Shown piece after piece: positions 55,401-63,218 of a stretch of 64,000 nucleotides of DNA. The DNA lies in assembly GCA_030141605.1 (NCBI GenBank), contig JAQGDQ010000014.1, positions 62,001 through 126,000 on the forward strand, written 5' to 3'. Position 1 is the stretch's first letter, and every line of letters starts with the position of its first letter. Under the pieces are notes generated by a model. It worked only from the letters and a program-made list of their open reading frames with translations, was not told where the DNA came from and made no database searches. The position numbers and the translations under genes were made by a program. The DNA comes from Tubiluchus corallicola (lineage: Eukaryota > Animalia > Priapulida).

Positions 55401-58400
55401 AATTCACCAGAACCCATTGTAGTCGTATGTACGCGCTAATACACGCTTAGGACCATTTACTGGCTAGTTTACTAGGTTACTAGTGCTAGAAATATAAGGG
55501 TTAACTTAGATTGCCCCAACCACTGAGGAATAAAGTAATCTAGTGGCCCAAGGCATTCTGCCTTGCAGGGAGACGGTCCCTGATTCACATCCAGCCTGTA
55601 TTCCAATTTTTTCACGTTATCTGTCAAAATCCGGCATCAAAAGTTAAATAATTGTGAGACTGTCGCATCGGAAATGTAAGGCTCACACTAAGCCCAAAGT
55701 CACCTTCTCCCAAAATTAACAGTAACTGTCATTTTAACAAATTATTATTTATTATTATCAATACTGATGCAAAATACAAACGTAATGCTTGTAAATTGTA
55801 ACGCACGATCTAATTGCATTTGAATGGACATCATTTCCAGATGATCAATCTGAAATTGACCGCGCTGACACACCATGAAAAGATTCACGCAAAAATTGAT
55901 ATGCGATTTATAGCGAAATTGCTTTCAAATGAACAGAGATTTACTGGAAACGTTTAAGTCAACAACGGTTCAGATCTGATAACAAAAATGCAATGCATAA
56001 ACATGAGAGCCTGCAGGAAAATCTCGTCAAGATAAGATTCTCAATGAACAGTTTTTTGGATCGAGTAAACCTCAACGAGTTAACTGCTAGTCTGATAAAG
56101 AATTAGAGAAGCCGAGGATTAGGAAGGCATTCAGCGAGAACAAATTGCCAAGACAATTTTACAAATTAACAAAATCCGAGATGGCGATGTAGCGTAAGCA
56201 ATTCCTTGGCACTGGCTATTACAAGTGGGTATTCCACTGCTGCCGTTGCCATGGATGCTGATGATGTGGTTGTTGTTGTTACTTTTGTTGCTGTTGCTTC
56301 CATTACTGATGTTGTTTTTGGCATAACGGCGATAGTGATGACGTCAATTACAATGAGGACAACAATGATGACGATCGTGTCTATGACAATGATGACGACT
56401 ATGATGATGATGATGATGATGATAATAGCGATGATGACAGTGGCAACTACAAGGACGACGACGACGACGATGATGATTAATAGTATTTATTAAACAAAAT
56501 TTTAGAAAAGGACGATGTTACACCATTTTTTCTTATTTTTTTCAAAAGACCACTCGTATTTTAAAATTAATTCTCACACCTGTGTTGGTGAAAAAGAAAG
56601 GACAGGCTGACATTAGCAACATGTTAGTGCACAAAAGCCACATGTCAGTTACCCACAATAAAGGTATCATTGATGAAAACGCTTGTTTTCTAAACACTTC
56701 ACAAGAATACCAATATGTCGTTCACAGTGTTAAATTAGGATAAGGTTGGGGAGGGATATGAATCTGAAAGACATTGTGATAATTACTAAAACCGCATCTG
56801 ATTAAATTTGGGCGTAGCGAAATATCAAATGAAAGCTATACAACTTACGGGTATAACAAGCAGAGTCGATCCAGCAAAGCACAGGCACTCAATTTCAGTC
56901 CTAGACGCCACTACGAATATATGCTTACACAGATAATTGATACATAAACTAAAAAATAATAATGCTTTATTGTACAGAATAATGCAGCAAGATTACATAG
57001 CGCCACAAATTAATGAAAAAAGCATATGCTAATAAATATAGCAATCACATGACAGTACACATGCACTGCAAAAACCACATGCTACATAATACAAATACAA
57101 TGATAAATCACGTACATGCAAATTTATTTATAAATATAAATACAGAAAAATAAGAACACTAAAACTGTACAAGAAATTACAAATGGGAGCAAAAAAATTC
57201 TGCACTTGACAAAAATTTCAAAATTACTGTTGAAATTGATTAACATGCATTATTTAACTGCACGATTTAAATATCTTATCACGCTTCCTGTGAATGGCTT
57301 AATTAACGGTACAAAAATCCGTCTTTGACCAGCTAACATGCAAACAGAAATTCATGCCCTCGTCACCTGCAACCAAAAGGGATGGCATTTGCTGATTTAA
57401 TGGGAAATCATTGAAAGTAATTAAGGCTAGTTTTACCTATAGATTATGAGATCCCTAGTCAGACGCTAGGATATTAATATTTCCTTAGTGTACAGCATCG
57501 GGGTTACAATTTACAATGTTTTTAATTACGATTCTTTACTTTTTTCTAACAACTAGCAACCTAACCTAACTCACCTAACTTCAATTTAGATCAAGTGGAA
57601 TTACACAACACGGTGCATAAACAGTGAATTCACTGAAAATCACGTCAACTACGCAGTGTTAATTTGTCATTTTCCTCTTGCAACAGCTGACATAGGCAGC
57701 CTTGCATACAAAGTTCTGCCTTAATTAATAAAAAGGAACGTGTTACTGACAAGTTGCAGATTTGTTTTATAGTTATTACCATAAATAATCAGCTTTTGAC
57801 ATAAAGGCAAAGGAAATAAAAATTTCAATAGTTTACGTAAACATTATTATTACCATGTTATTACCATATTAATTTGTTGCATATAACTTAAAACAACTTG
57901 TGTTTTGTACGGTTAAAACACTTACACGTATTAACACATTATAGTTTTCAGCTAACCGAAAAAATCGTAGATAGTGCATCTAAGAAAGACTAATACACAG
58001 AATTACACCATTGTATACAACTTCTGTGTATATCAGTTCTGTAGATGTGTAATATCAGATATGTACAAGGAAAACATGAAGAACAGAACGAAGTGAACAA
58101 TTAATAAAACATCCCACCATAAAACATCTGAAAAGGAATGTGCACTATCTTCATGTGACAAGAGAAAGCCAAAAAAAAAGCAACAGTTAGTAATACCGTT
58201 ACTATTTTTTGTATTTTATAATAATAATGCAAAACTTCACTATCATGCATAGAATACACAGCACGTTGTTATCGTTTTGTATGCTTATTGTGGAATGTCT
58301 ATTATGAAAGTACACGTATTAGCTATTTCTGCAAATTGTAATAGCGAGGATCTTCTACACATGCAAATAATACCTCTGCATGTCTGTTTGTAATGGGTGG

Positions 58401-58501
58401 TTCGTTTTCCCATTTCTGTGCTATCTGCAATGTCTCCAGCGTTTTCTGTTGCAGCGTCTTCGTATCATCAAGAAGCGTTAATTCATAAAATTCTTGAATA
58501 T
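736..58501 (-). CDS. dlg1: Discs large homolog (DLG1/SAP97-like MAGUK), partial multi-exon gene; span of identified coding exons (L27 C-half to PDZ2-PDZ3 linker)
   Basis: Twelve GT-AG exons join in one open frame with matching phases. They encode L27 [16 protein letters not shown]1 [25 protein letters not shown] and PDZ2 [30 protein letters not shown], all characteristic of DLG-family MAGUKs. The gene continues beyond both window ends (inferred). Confidence 0.96.
1858..1926 (-). CDS. dlg1: dlg linker exon, 69 nt ((A)[22 protein letters not shown])
   Basis: cgtatag acceptor, AAG|gttggt donor, phase 1 to 1, GC-rich and open. Confidence 0.65.
2440..2493 (-). CDS. dlg1: dlg linker exon, 54 nt ((V)[17 protein letters not shown]); internal alternative donor gives an 18-nt form (2476-2493)
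   Basis: tcttacag acceptor. Donors GAG|gttat (2440) or CAG|gtaaac (2476), both phase 1. Confidence 0.65.
2899..2934 (-). CDS. dlg1: dlg linker microexon, 36 nt ((D)[11 protein letters not shown])
   Basis: ttatttgcag acceptor, CAG|gtaagg donor, phase 1 to 1, open. Confidence 0.8.
3160..3328 (-). CDS. dlg1: dlg exon: PDZ2 C-half and start of linker ([56 protein letters not shown])
   Basis: gctcag acceptor, AAG|gtgaga donor, 169 nt, phase 0 to 1. VTHEEAV...LK...VAKP motif. Confidence 0.96.
4256..4392 (-). CDS. dlg1: dlg exon: PDZ2 ([46 protein letters not shown])
   Basis: attag acceptor, TAC|gtaagt donor, 137 nt, phase 1 to 0. Canonical DLG PDZ2. Confidence 0.97.
4734..4800 (-). CDS. dlg1: dlg exon: PDZ1-PDZ2 junction ([22 protein letters not shown])
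   Basis: ctgtag acceptor, AAG|gtagt donor, 67 nt, phase 0 to 1. Resembles DLG VKRRKP...IKLIKGPK. Confidence 0.94.
5478..5580 (-). CDS. dlg1: dlg exon: PDZ1 C-half ((C)[34 protein letters not shown])
   Basis: ttttcag acceptor, TTG|gtaagt donor, 103 nt, phase 2 to 0. Confidence 0.96.
5758..6045. repeat. degenerate (CACAC/CACCA)n low-complexity tract
   Basis: C/A-rich strand with imperfect 5-mer periodicity. Confidence 0.9.
6407..6954 (-). mobile_element. non-autonomous Helitron-like element
   Basis: Minus strand begins A|TC (6954) and ends in CTAG (6407-6410), preceded by a short imperfect hairpin (accaaattccggt). GC-richer than flanks, no TIR or TSD. The base 3' of CTAG is G, not the canonical T. 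Confidence 0.45.
7159..7283 (-). CDS. dlg1: dlg exon: PDZ1 ([41 protein letters not shown])
   Basis: ttgcag acceptor, TG|gtagc donor, 125 nt, phase 0 to 2. GLGF carboxylate-binding loop. Confidence 0.97.
7884..7931 (-). CDS. dlg1: dlg exon: start of PDZ1 ([16 protein letters not shown])
   Basis: ttttacag acceptor, AGG|gtgagt donor, 48 nt. Matches the DLG YEYEEITLER motif. Confidence 0.95.
8546..8755 (+). repeat. dispersed direct duplication, copy 1 (partner at about 10400-10611)
   Basis: Shared aaacaggtcattttgc...atattggtaaatctcaagcttgg..tcgatacatttctgcataaatttctattat...aagatgcaaagat...aatgtcagttaatgtttt. Confidence 0.88.
9738..9896. repeat. (TCTTA)n pentanucleotide microsatellite
   Basis: Perfect run of about 32 units. 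Confidence 0.98.
10400..10611 (+). repeat. dispersed direct duplication, copy 2
   Basis: See copy 1. Scattered substitutions and small indels. Confidence 0.88.
11572..11604 (-). CDS. dlg1: dlg 33-nt microexon ([11 protein letters not shown])
   Basis: cttttattttcag acceptor, CAA|gtaagta donor, phase 0 to 0, GC-rich island in AT-rich intron. Confidence 0.7.
13339..13530 (-). CDS. candidate dlg alternative first coding exon ([64 protein letters not shown])
   Basis: ATG-initiated 64 codons ending exactly at an AAG|gtatga phase-0 donor. Locally GC/CpG-rich. Several alternative in-frame ATGs. Confidence 0.5.
15812..15950. repeat. tandem duplication, 73-bp unit x2, each unit bounded by inverted GACTATAGTT/AACTATAGTC
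   Basis: Units start at 15812 and 15885 and are nearly identical. Confidence 0.9.
16219..16342. repeat. spacer-less palindrome: perfect 38+38 bp (16243-16318) with imperfect outer extension
   Basis: acttgttatctatagtattgtatttttaagacaataat|attattgtcttaaaaatacaatactatagataacaagt. Confidence 0.93.
17415..17489. repeat. (GT)n microsatellite
   Basis: Perfect dinucleotide run. Confidence 0.98.
18488..18631. repeat. tandem duplication, 78-bp period x2
   Basis: tttcagaaactcagtt.gttctttcctctttcaaac.ttgattctt.ataagtataaaaacataat at 18488 and 18566. Confidence 0.9.
19198..19313. repeat. compound (GTAA/GTAG/GTGA)n tetranucleotide repeat
   Basis: Direct reading. Confidence 0.9.
21444..21623 (-). CDS. 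candidate dlg alternative first coding exon ([60 protein letters not shown])
   Basis: ATG at 21623, 60 open codons, AAG|gtaaca phase-0 donor compatible with downstream phase-0 exons. GC-rich, with a TATA-like element about 190 nt upstream. Confidence 0.6.
21816..21823 (-). promoter_or_regulatory. TATA-like box (TATATAAA) upstream of candidate alternative first exon
   Basis: Minus strand reads GCGCCTT-TATATAAA-CCGGG with GC-rich flanks, 5' of the 21623 ATG. A CpG-rich segment lies further upstream at about 22300-22900. Confidence 0.35.
21853..22052. repeat. tandem duplication, 94-bp near-identical copies at 106-bp period
   Basis: catgtcacccaggaaggtgttcgtacgc...atactaaaagactagt at 21853 and 21959. 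One substitution seen. Confidence 0.93.
24962..25014. repeat. (TA)n microsatellite
   Basis: Perfect dinucleotide run. Confidence 0.97.
28961..29059 (-). CDS. candidate dlg cassette or alternative first exon ([33 protein letters not shown])
   Basis: cttcttcag acceptor, AGG|gtaagt consensus donor, 99 nt, phase 0 to 0. In-frame ATGs at 29026 and 28981. Confidence 0.45.
35499..35702 (-). CDS. dlg1: dlg proline-rich exon between L27 and PDZ1 ([68 protein letters not shown])
   Basis: ttttttag acceptor, AAG|gtaaga donor, 204 nt, phase 0 to 0, GC-rich relative to flanks, open frame. Confidence 0.85.
36449..36572. mobile_element. small MITE-like element with reiterated ggtaaaaagtcac / gtgac...ttacc inverted ends and central cctaaccct
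   Basis: ggtaaaaaaggcacaggtaaaaagtcacaga at left versus tgtgactatttttctgactttattacc at right. Confidence 0.45.
42572..42734. mobile_element. MITE, second copy of the 454-671 family in opposite orientation, right arm partly deleted
   Basis: Shares catccggaatgcgtatgcgttatgc and ggtaaacgccactt ends. Internal atagataaaatc, tatcagacctgc and ctgcagctatt are reverse complements of copy 1. Confidence 0.8.
43401..45268. repeat. large inverted repeat: about 400-bp arms (43401-43804 and 44867-45268) with about 1.06-kb spacer
   Basis: For example cttgtgctcttctcacagcacaggtcgtcaattttgc versus gcaaaattgacgacctgtgctgtgagaagagcacaag, and tttatgtcacaaggatcaagtatacatatt versus aatatgtatacttgatccttgtgacataaa. 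Confidence 0.92.
46081..46800 (+). pseudogene. decayed pogo-type (Tc1/mariner superfamily, CENP-B HTH + DDE_1) transposase fragment
   Basis: Across stops and frameshifts: [45 protein letters not shown] (compare N-DE-TG), [24 protein letters not shown] (compare ERGE.VT.L.C.NAAG..PP.VIFKGK). Confidence 0.75.
49319..49518. repeat. (CTA)n trinucleotide microsatellite, interrupted
   Basis: Long ctactacta run with one interruption near 49398. Confidence 0.97.
51385..51414 (-). CDS. candidate 30-nt dlg microexon ([10 protein letters not shown])
   Basis: gtgcatcttttag acceptor, AAC|gtaagt donor, phase 0 to 0, no stop. No homology support. Confidence 0.35.
55029..55144. repeat. tandem duplication, 59-bp GC-rich unit x2
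   Basis: ttgcgatgcacatgccg..cgtttct.ga.cttttct.gaca.acgcc.atgacc at 55029 and 55088. Confidence 0.85.
55280..55440. mobile_element. Tigger/pogo-like MITE remnant
   Basis: ta|caagcggtcgtcgacttacgacc...ttcgactttacgacc resembles Tigger-type termini. The right end is degenerate (gtcgtatgt). Confidence 0.35.
56236..56478. repeat. degenerate trinucleotide tract (GTT/GAT/GAC)n
   Basis: Direct reading. Explains the spurious ORF 56206..56493. Confidence 0.85.
58374..58501 (-). CDS. dlg1: dlg exon: C-terminal half of L27 domain, (D)[42 protein letters not shown]
   Basis: tttcag acceptor, GAG|gtatt donor, 128 nt, phase 1 to 0. The peptide closely resembles the L27 region of SAP97/Dlg-S97. Confidence 0.93.
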
Positions 58502-60241
58502 CTGAAACAATAAATAATCTCACTAACGAAGCAATAAACTCAAGTACATGTATGTAAAAATTTGGTACTTATTGAACAACACATATTACAAATGTACTTA
58601 TAAGAAATCAGGATGCTACATGTGACTACTATAAATTCGTATATTAATATGACGCTATGTTATGATGGCACTACAAACTGGGTAAGAGTGACATTTCGAT
58701 TTGTCTCCATCGTTGTTCTTCTGCTTTGTATAACAAACAAATGACTTTGTGAAGTGTGAACGACATTTCTGGAATCATCATCGTCGTTGTTGTTGTTGTC
58801 GTCATCGTCGTCGTGGTCATCATCATCTTCGTCACCATCAGACCAAGTAATAATTAAAAAAATCGACTCTATGAAGTTGGTTGGATATCAAACTGATATA
58901 GCTTGTAGCCTAAGTGATCATTACAGTTTTGGCAGACTAGCTGGTTAACATTCGTCGGCGCTTCGAGGTAATCAATTCAATCCAGATTTCTTATCAGTCT
59001 CAGCATCTTAGCAATTGTAAACAGCTGGCAGCTAGGTAAGCTTAGGCAGGTTGTAGTAAACGAACCAGATAAAATCCTAAACTTTTCTACGGTACGTGTA
59101 AGCAGATCAACAGAAAGTGGCCAAGTAAGTAAAGTAAGTAACATCTTTATTTGCCACAATAATATTTAAAATCAAGACAAAATTCTAACGTACTGTTGTA
59201 GCATTTGTGAACATAATGGCAGTTATTGTGAAAGAATGATAGTCTTGGTTCGTGGTATTAAAACACACATACAGCATTAGACTGAATTATAAGAAGTCAC
59301 ATTCTAACAAAAAACTTTCTAGTTGTTAAATTAATTAAAATGCGACATTTTTAACATTTATCGCCAAGTGCAGATTTCTTTTGCTACGATTCCATTAATC
59401 TAATTCTTACAAAAAACGTGAAGCTGAAATTAAATTCAAATATCAACACGATTACGAACACTGCGACAGTTCTTTCTTTTAGATGTTCCTACTTACAATA
59501 ATTCAAAAAATGCAGAGGCTAACTCTGGGGGCTAAACTTATAGCAGAGACTTACAGTACTAAATGTGTATATTAATCAAGTTTGATGGGGTAGCGAGCAA
59601 CCTGCAAGTGTCTTACATGGTTACCGGTATTTTCCCTTTTGAGGCATTAAGTGTTCACACATTGTTGAGTATTTTATGGGTATTTGATAAGTGATGGTAT
59701 AACTGATGCTGTTAAGGCTAAAAGAATGAATGAATTGGTACAAAAAATTCACTATGAAAAGACCAAGTTTATCGAGTTTACTTCCAAGGTAACCTTTTGT
59801 GTATAACCTTTTAGAAATATTCTCACAAAATAGTTTGACAAAACATTTGTACAAACAATGTACATTTAAATCAGTAAAGAATCGAAAATAAGCTGATGAC
59901 ATGATTTACGTGTCTTTTGCTACTATAGCTATAATGTAGTTGTTTTGTAGATTTTTGTACTTTGTAGTTGTTTTGCTGTATGTACGTCATTGTCATGTAA
60001 TGTATATGCCAATAAAAATTCTAAATTCTATATAGCATACCCGTGTAGCAGCACAACTGCGAATACAAGTTAACAAAAACATTTAGCACACGGGCAATTT
60101 TTTGTTTGATATCAAATAAAAATGTGTTTTTAACGCCAGAGAAATCTGTTTTCATGCATGTCTTGTCTATATATGTATATAGGACAAATCAAATATAAAA
60201 GAAAAGCAGCAAATATTTGTTTATTTCCCTTTCTGCTTGTG

Positions 60242-60504
60242 TGACTCACAGGTGTTCTTATCAAATTTATGTAGGAACAGGAAAAGAATCAGTACAGATT
60301 GAAGCAGGAAGTTTAGTTTTGGTGCGTTATTTGTAAAGTTGAACATTAGTATTTAAACCGCAAAAAACAGAATTAAACTGTATACAAGTTATTTGAGATA
60401 AATGTAGATATTCTCGACATTTAGAAGAATTTTAAATGCGTTTAACAAGCACTTAATTCCAATTACTGGAATGGAATAGATGACACAATGATGGCAACTT
60501 CCTG
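60242..60504 (+). promoter_or_regulatory. motif cluster upstream of the pseudokinase: AP-1, E-box, GATA, two ETS, RUNX
   Basis: TGACTCA 60242, CAGGTG 60249, CTTATC 60257, CAGGAAGT 60305, AACCGCA 60356, ACTTCCTG 60497. Motif matches only. Confidence 0.3.
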
Positions 60505-60681
60505 TTTCTCCAAAAACCCACATACCAAAAAGACGTGCAGCAGAAATGGTTCAGCAATGGCATAGGGAAACGGCTCGAACAAGTCGAAGCTAGAAAGCAT
60601 TTAAAATCCGTAATAGCTTAAGAGAGCCATAGACATAAACGTGAGACAAAATTCAGTGTTTTCATAAAAAAACGGAAGACC

Positions 60682-62343
60682 ATGAAAAAGCGTGAGAAAG
60701 AAATGACACAAATATCGAGCAGTACTGTTAGCTCAGACGTTCGACAGAAAAGCCAGCAAGTAAAGGTAACCCCGTGCCAAAAGAGCAGCTCATCAGAAAA
60801 ATTACATCATCGCCAAAGACTTACAGCGCTCGGAGATTGTAGCAGGTATCAGGAACCCCATCAAAGCAGGTGTGGCGAAATCAAGGAAGGTGTAATATGC
60901 TTGCCTGCTATAAGATACGAAATGTGCATTGCAGTACAAGATTATCAAGGACAACTTGACGATGAGTTGACCTATCATAAGCATGATAAAATAGCAATCG
61001 TTCACAAACAATTATATATTCCAGGTATACCAAGAGGAAATTATGAAACAGTCACAGAACCTAGAAATAAATTTTGGTGGAAAGCCATTCACTTACCAAC
61101 AGATACCTTTGGCTACGTGTACAAACCATACTTAACTGACGCAGGGGTTACAAAGAGACCATGGCTCTTTGAGAAATGCGGAAAAAAACAAATGGAGCTG
61201 TGGCTTCAGCAAAACGGGATTCCAGGGACATTTTGCGTACATGAAGACGAAGCAGATTTAGCAGGACCATTTAGAGGCTGTCCCAAATGGATTCTTTCTT
61301 TGCTGAGCAATGGTGCAGAAAATACAGACAGTATGTTGCGACCTGTACATCATTATGAAATTTATCTATCTCAAAAGAGAACTTACTGCCTGGAAGAAAG
61401 TCATTACCAGTTCAGCAGCCTTGACGAGCTTGTGCAGTACTTCAGCACTCACGAAAACCTTTCTCATAAACTGGTGAACACACTGATCTCGAAACATTCG
61501 CCTACCTACTTTGAAACAAGGTTTCCCATTAGAATTGACAATAAGCTGCTAACAGTTACCAGCTCATACATTGATGGTGGATTTGGGTACGTGCAAGCGG
61601 GTGGCACAGAAATAAAATGCAAGATCAAGTACTATAGATCAAAAAGCAGCGCCGCAAGTGTGTATGCTCAAATAGCCATGATACGACAAGATACATGCTA
61701 TCATAAAAATCTCTTGCAACTTTACTGCATGTCAACAATCGACTGTGTTACCTGTCTCATTATGGAGTATGCTGCATTGGGAAACTTACAGAAATATTTA
61801 GATACCGCTTCACATATAAATTTATTCCAACTAGTTTGGTTTTCCACACAAGTCGCAAGTGGAATGTCGTTTCTTGAGGACAAATGTATACCACACAAAG
61901 CTCTGTGCACAATGAATGTGTTGTTAACCGAAGATTTAACAGTTAAAATCTCCAATTACGCCAACTTTAGTCATCATGCTCCTTCTGTCCATGACAATTT
62001 GGAGAAAGAATGTGAATATGTAAGACCAGCATGTACATACTTGGCACCAGAAGTATTTGAATATTCAATAATGACTATGAAATCTGATGTGTGGGCCTAT
62101 GGTATGATTTTACACGAGATATTTTCTGTACCATCATTGGAAATACACCCAACTTATGAAAGGACTTCAGTCACCACAGCATTGAAGCCTAGGAGGAAGG
62201 CTTGTTACCCTCCTTGCCCCAGGGACATTTATGAACAGACGGTAAAGTGCTGTAACCCAGTTCCTCATAAGCGTCCTTCTTTTCGGAAGTTGTATACGTT
62301 TTTTGACAATTACAAAGTTGTTCATAACGTTGCAAAAAAATAA
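60682..62343 (+). CDS. intronless SH3-SH2-tyrosine kinase-fold protein (Src/Frk/Tec-like architecture), predicted pseudokinase, 553 aa
   Basis: Uninterrupted 1662-nt ORF with ACCATGA start context. SH3 (AVQDY..DDELTY..WWKA..GYV..Y, aa about 79-153), SH2 (PW..GTFCVHE..ILSL..VHHYEI..FSSLDELVQYF, aa about 160-268), kinase fold (HKNLLQLY, LIMEYAALGNL, QVASGMSFLE, YLAPE, KSDVWAYGMILHEIFS, CP..IY, RPSF). Confidence 0.92.
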   Translation: MKKREKEMTQISSSTVSSDVRQKSQQVKVTPCQKSSSSEKLHHRQRLTALGDCSRYQEPHQSRCGEIKEGVICLPAIRYEMCIAVQDYQGQLDDELTYHKHDKIAIVHKQLYIPGIPRGNYETVTEPRNKFWWKAIHLPTDTFGYVYKPYLTDAGVTKRPWLFEKCGKKQMELWLQQNGIPGTFCVHEDEADLAGPFRGCPKWILSLLSNGAENTDSMLRPVHHYEIYLSQKRTYCLEESHYQFSSLDELVQYFSTHENLSHKLVNTLISKHSPTYFETRFPIRIDNKLLTVTSSYIDGGFGYVQAGGTEIKCKIKYYRSKSSAASVYAQIAMIRQDTCYHKNLLQLYCMSTIDCVTCLIMEYAALGNLQKYLDTASHINLFQLVWFSTQVASGMSFLEDKCIPHKALCTMNVLLTEDLTVKISNYANFSHHAPSVHDNLEKECEYVRPACTYLAPEVFEYSIMTMKSDVWAYGMILHEIFSVPSLEIHPTYERTSVTTALKPRRKACYPPCPRDIYEQTVKCCNPVPHKRPSFRKLYTFFDNYKVVHNVAKK

Positions 62344-62968
62344 AAAATTAACGTAATGCTATTTTAGAAGTGACAGATCGTTGTTTTGGGATTAAAAAAA
62401 TCGATCAGAATTTCTTTTCATCAATACCAATCAAACGTACATCGAAGATATGCAAAAAATACATAAGAATTAAACATTGTGATATTTTAAAGCGTTAACC
62501 GAAAAGTATGTTTTTGTGAGCAAGCTCAAGTGTTTTCTGACAACCGATTTGTCCGATATTAAATAAAATATTGAGCCAATCAAACCTAAAGTTGTTAAAC
62601 TGATCAGTCGATCACCAAGCAGCTATCGATCGTCACTGTTTATTTACGGACGACTGATTCACTTATTTAATTAATAATACTGGCATCGTTTGATCATTAT
62701 GTTAACATTAAAGTCCAAACCTATGGATGAAATAAAATCACCACAAAAAAACAACAGACAGACTGGGAACCCCAATTGTGTTACAGCTTTATGATTTATT
62801 CACTGTGTAGTTGTTTAAACATCAATTAACATCAATTTGTTGTACCCTCGCACTGCTAAATACTTTTGTATGTTTGCATATATGATATATGCATGTTTGA
62901 TATACATTTTCAATAGAATTTTAAGTAACCGCTTAAGATCACATGACGAGATCTTAAGAACACAAAAA

Positions 62969-63218
62969 CCAGACGGTGCAGTCTAGCGGTAACACGTCCG
63001 CTTTCCATCTAAGAGGTCGTGAGTTCGATACTGTAGCCGGGTCATAGCAAAGACTTTAAAAATGCCACCTGCTGTTGCCGTGCCTGGCGCGTAGTATTTA
63101 GCATAAAAGTGGAGTAATAATAATCTTTGTTATATAGGTGTATTTTGTTATTTACAGTCGGCGATAAAAGCCTGATGACATGTCATGTCTGCTAAATGTA
63201 AAGACGACTTTAAATAAA
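62969..63218 (+). mobile_element. tRNA-derived SINE (central region recalls the Meta-SINE domain)
   Basis: A-box-like tgcagtctagcgg and B-box GTTCGATAC at about 63023. These are followed by gggtcatagcaaagactttaaaaatgccacctgctg...cctggcgc..agcataaaag and an A-rich end. The family assignment is from memory. Confidence 0.65.

Noticed and set aside
55540-55600. Second tRNA/SINE head
   Set aside because: Too degenerate, with no recognisable body.
56849-56911. Minus-strand [21 protein letters not shown]|gtaagt, resembling the PSD-95 alpha CLC motif
   Set aside because: No nearby in-frame ATG and no convincing phase-0 acceptor.
62969-63040. tRNA gene
   Set aside because: Has A/B-box-like motifs but no complete cloverleaf, and continues into a SINE-type body.
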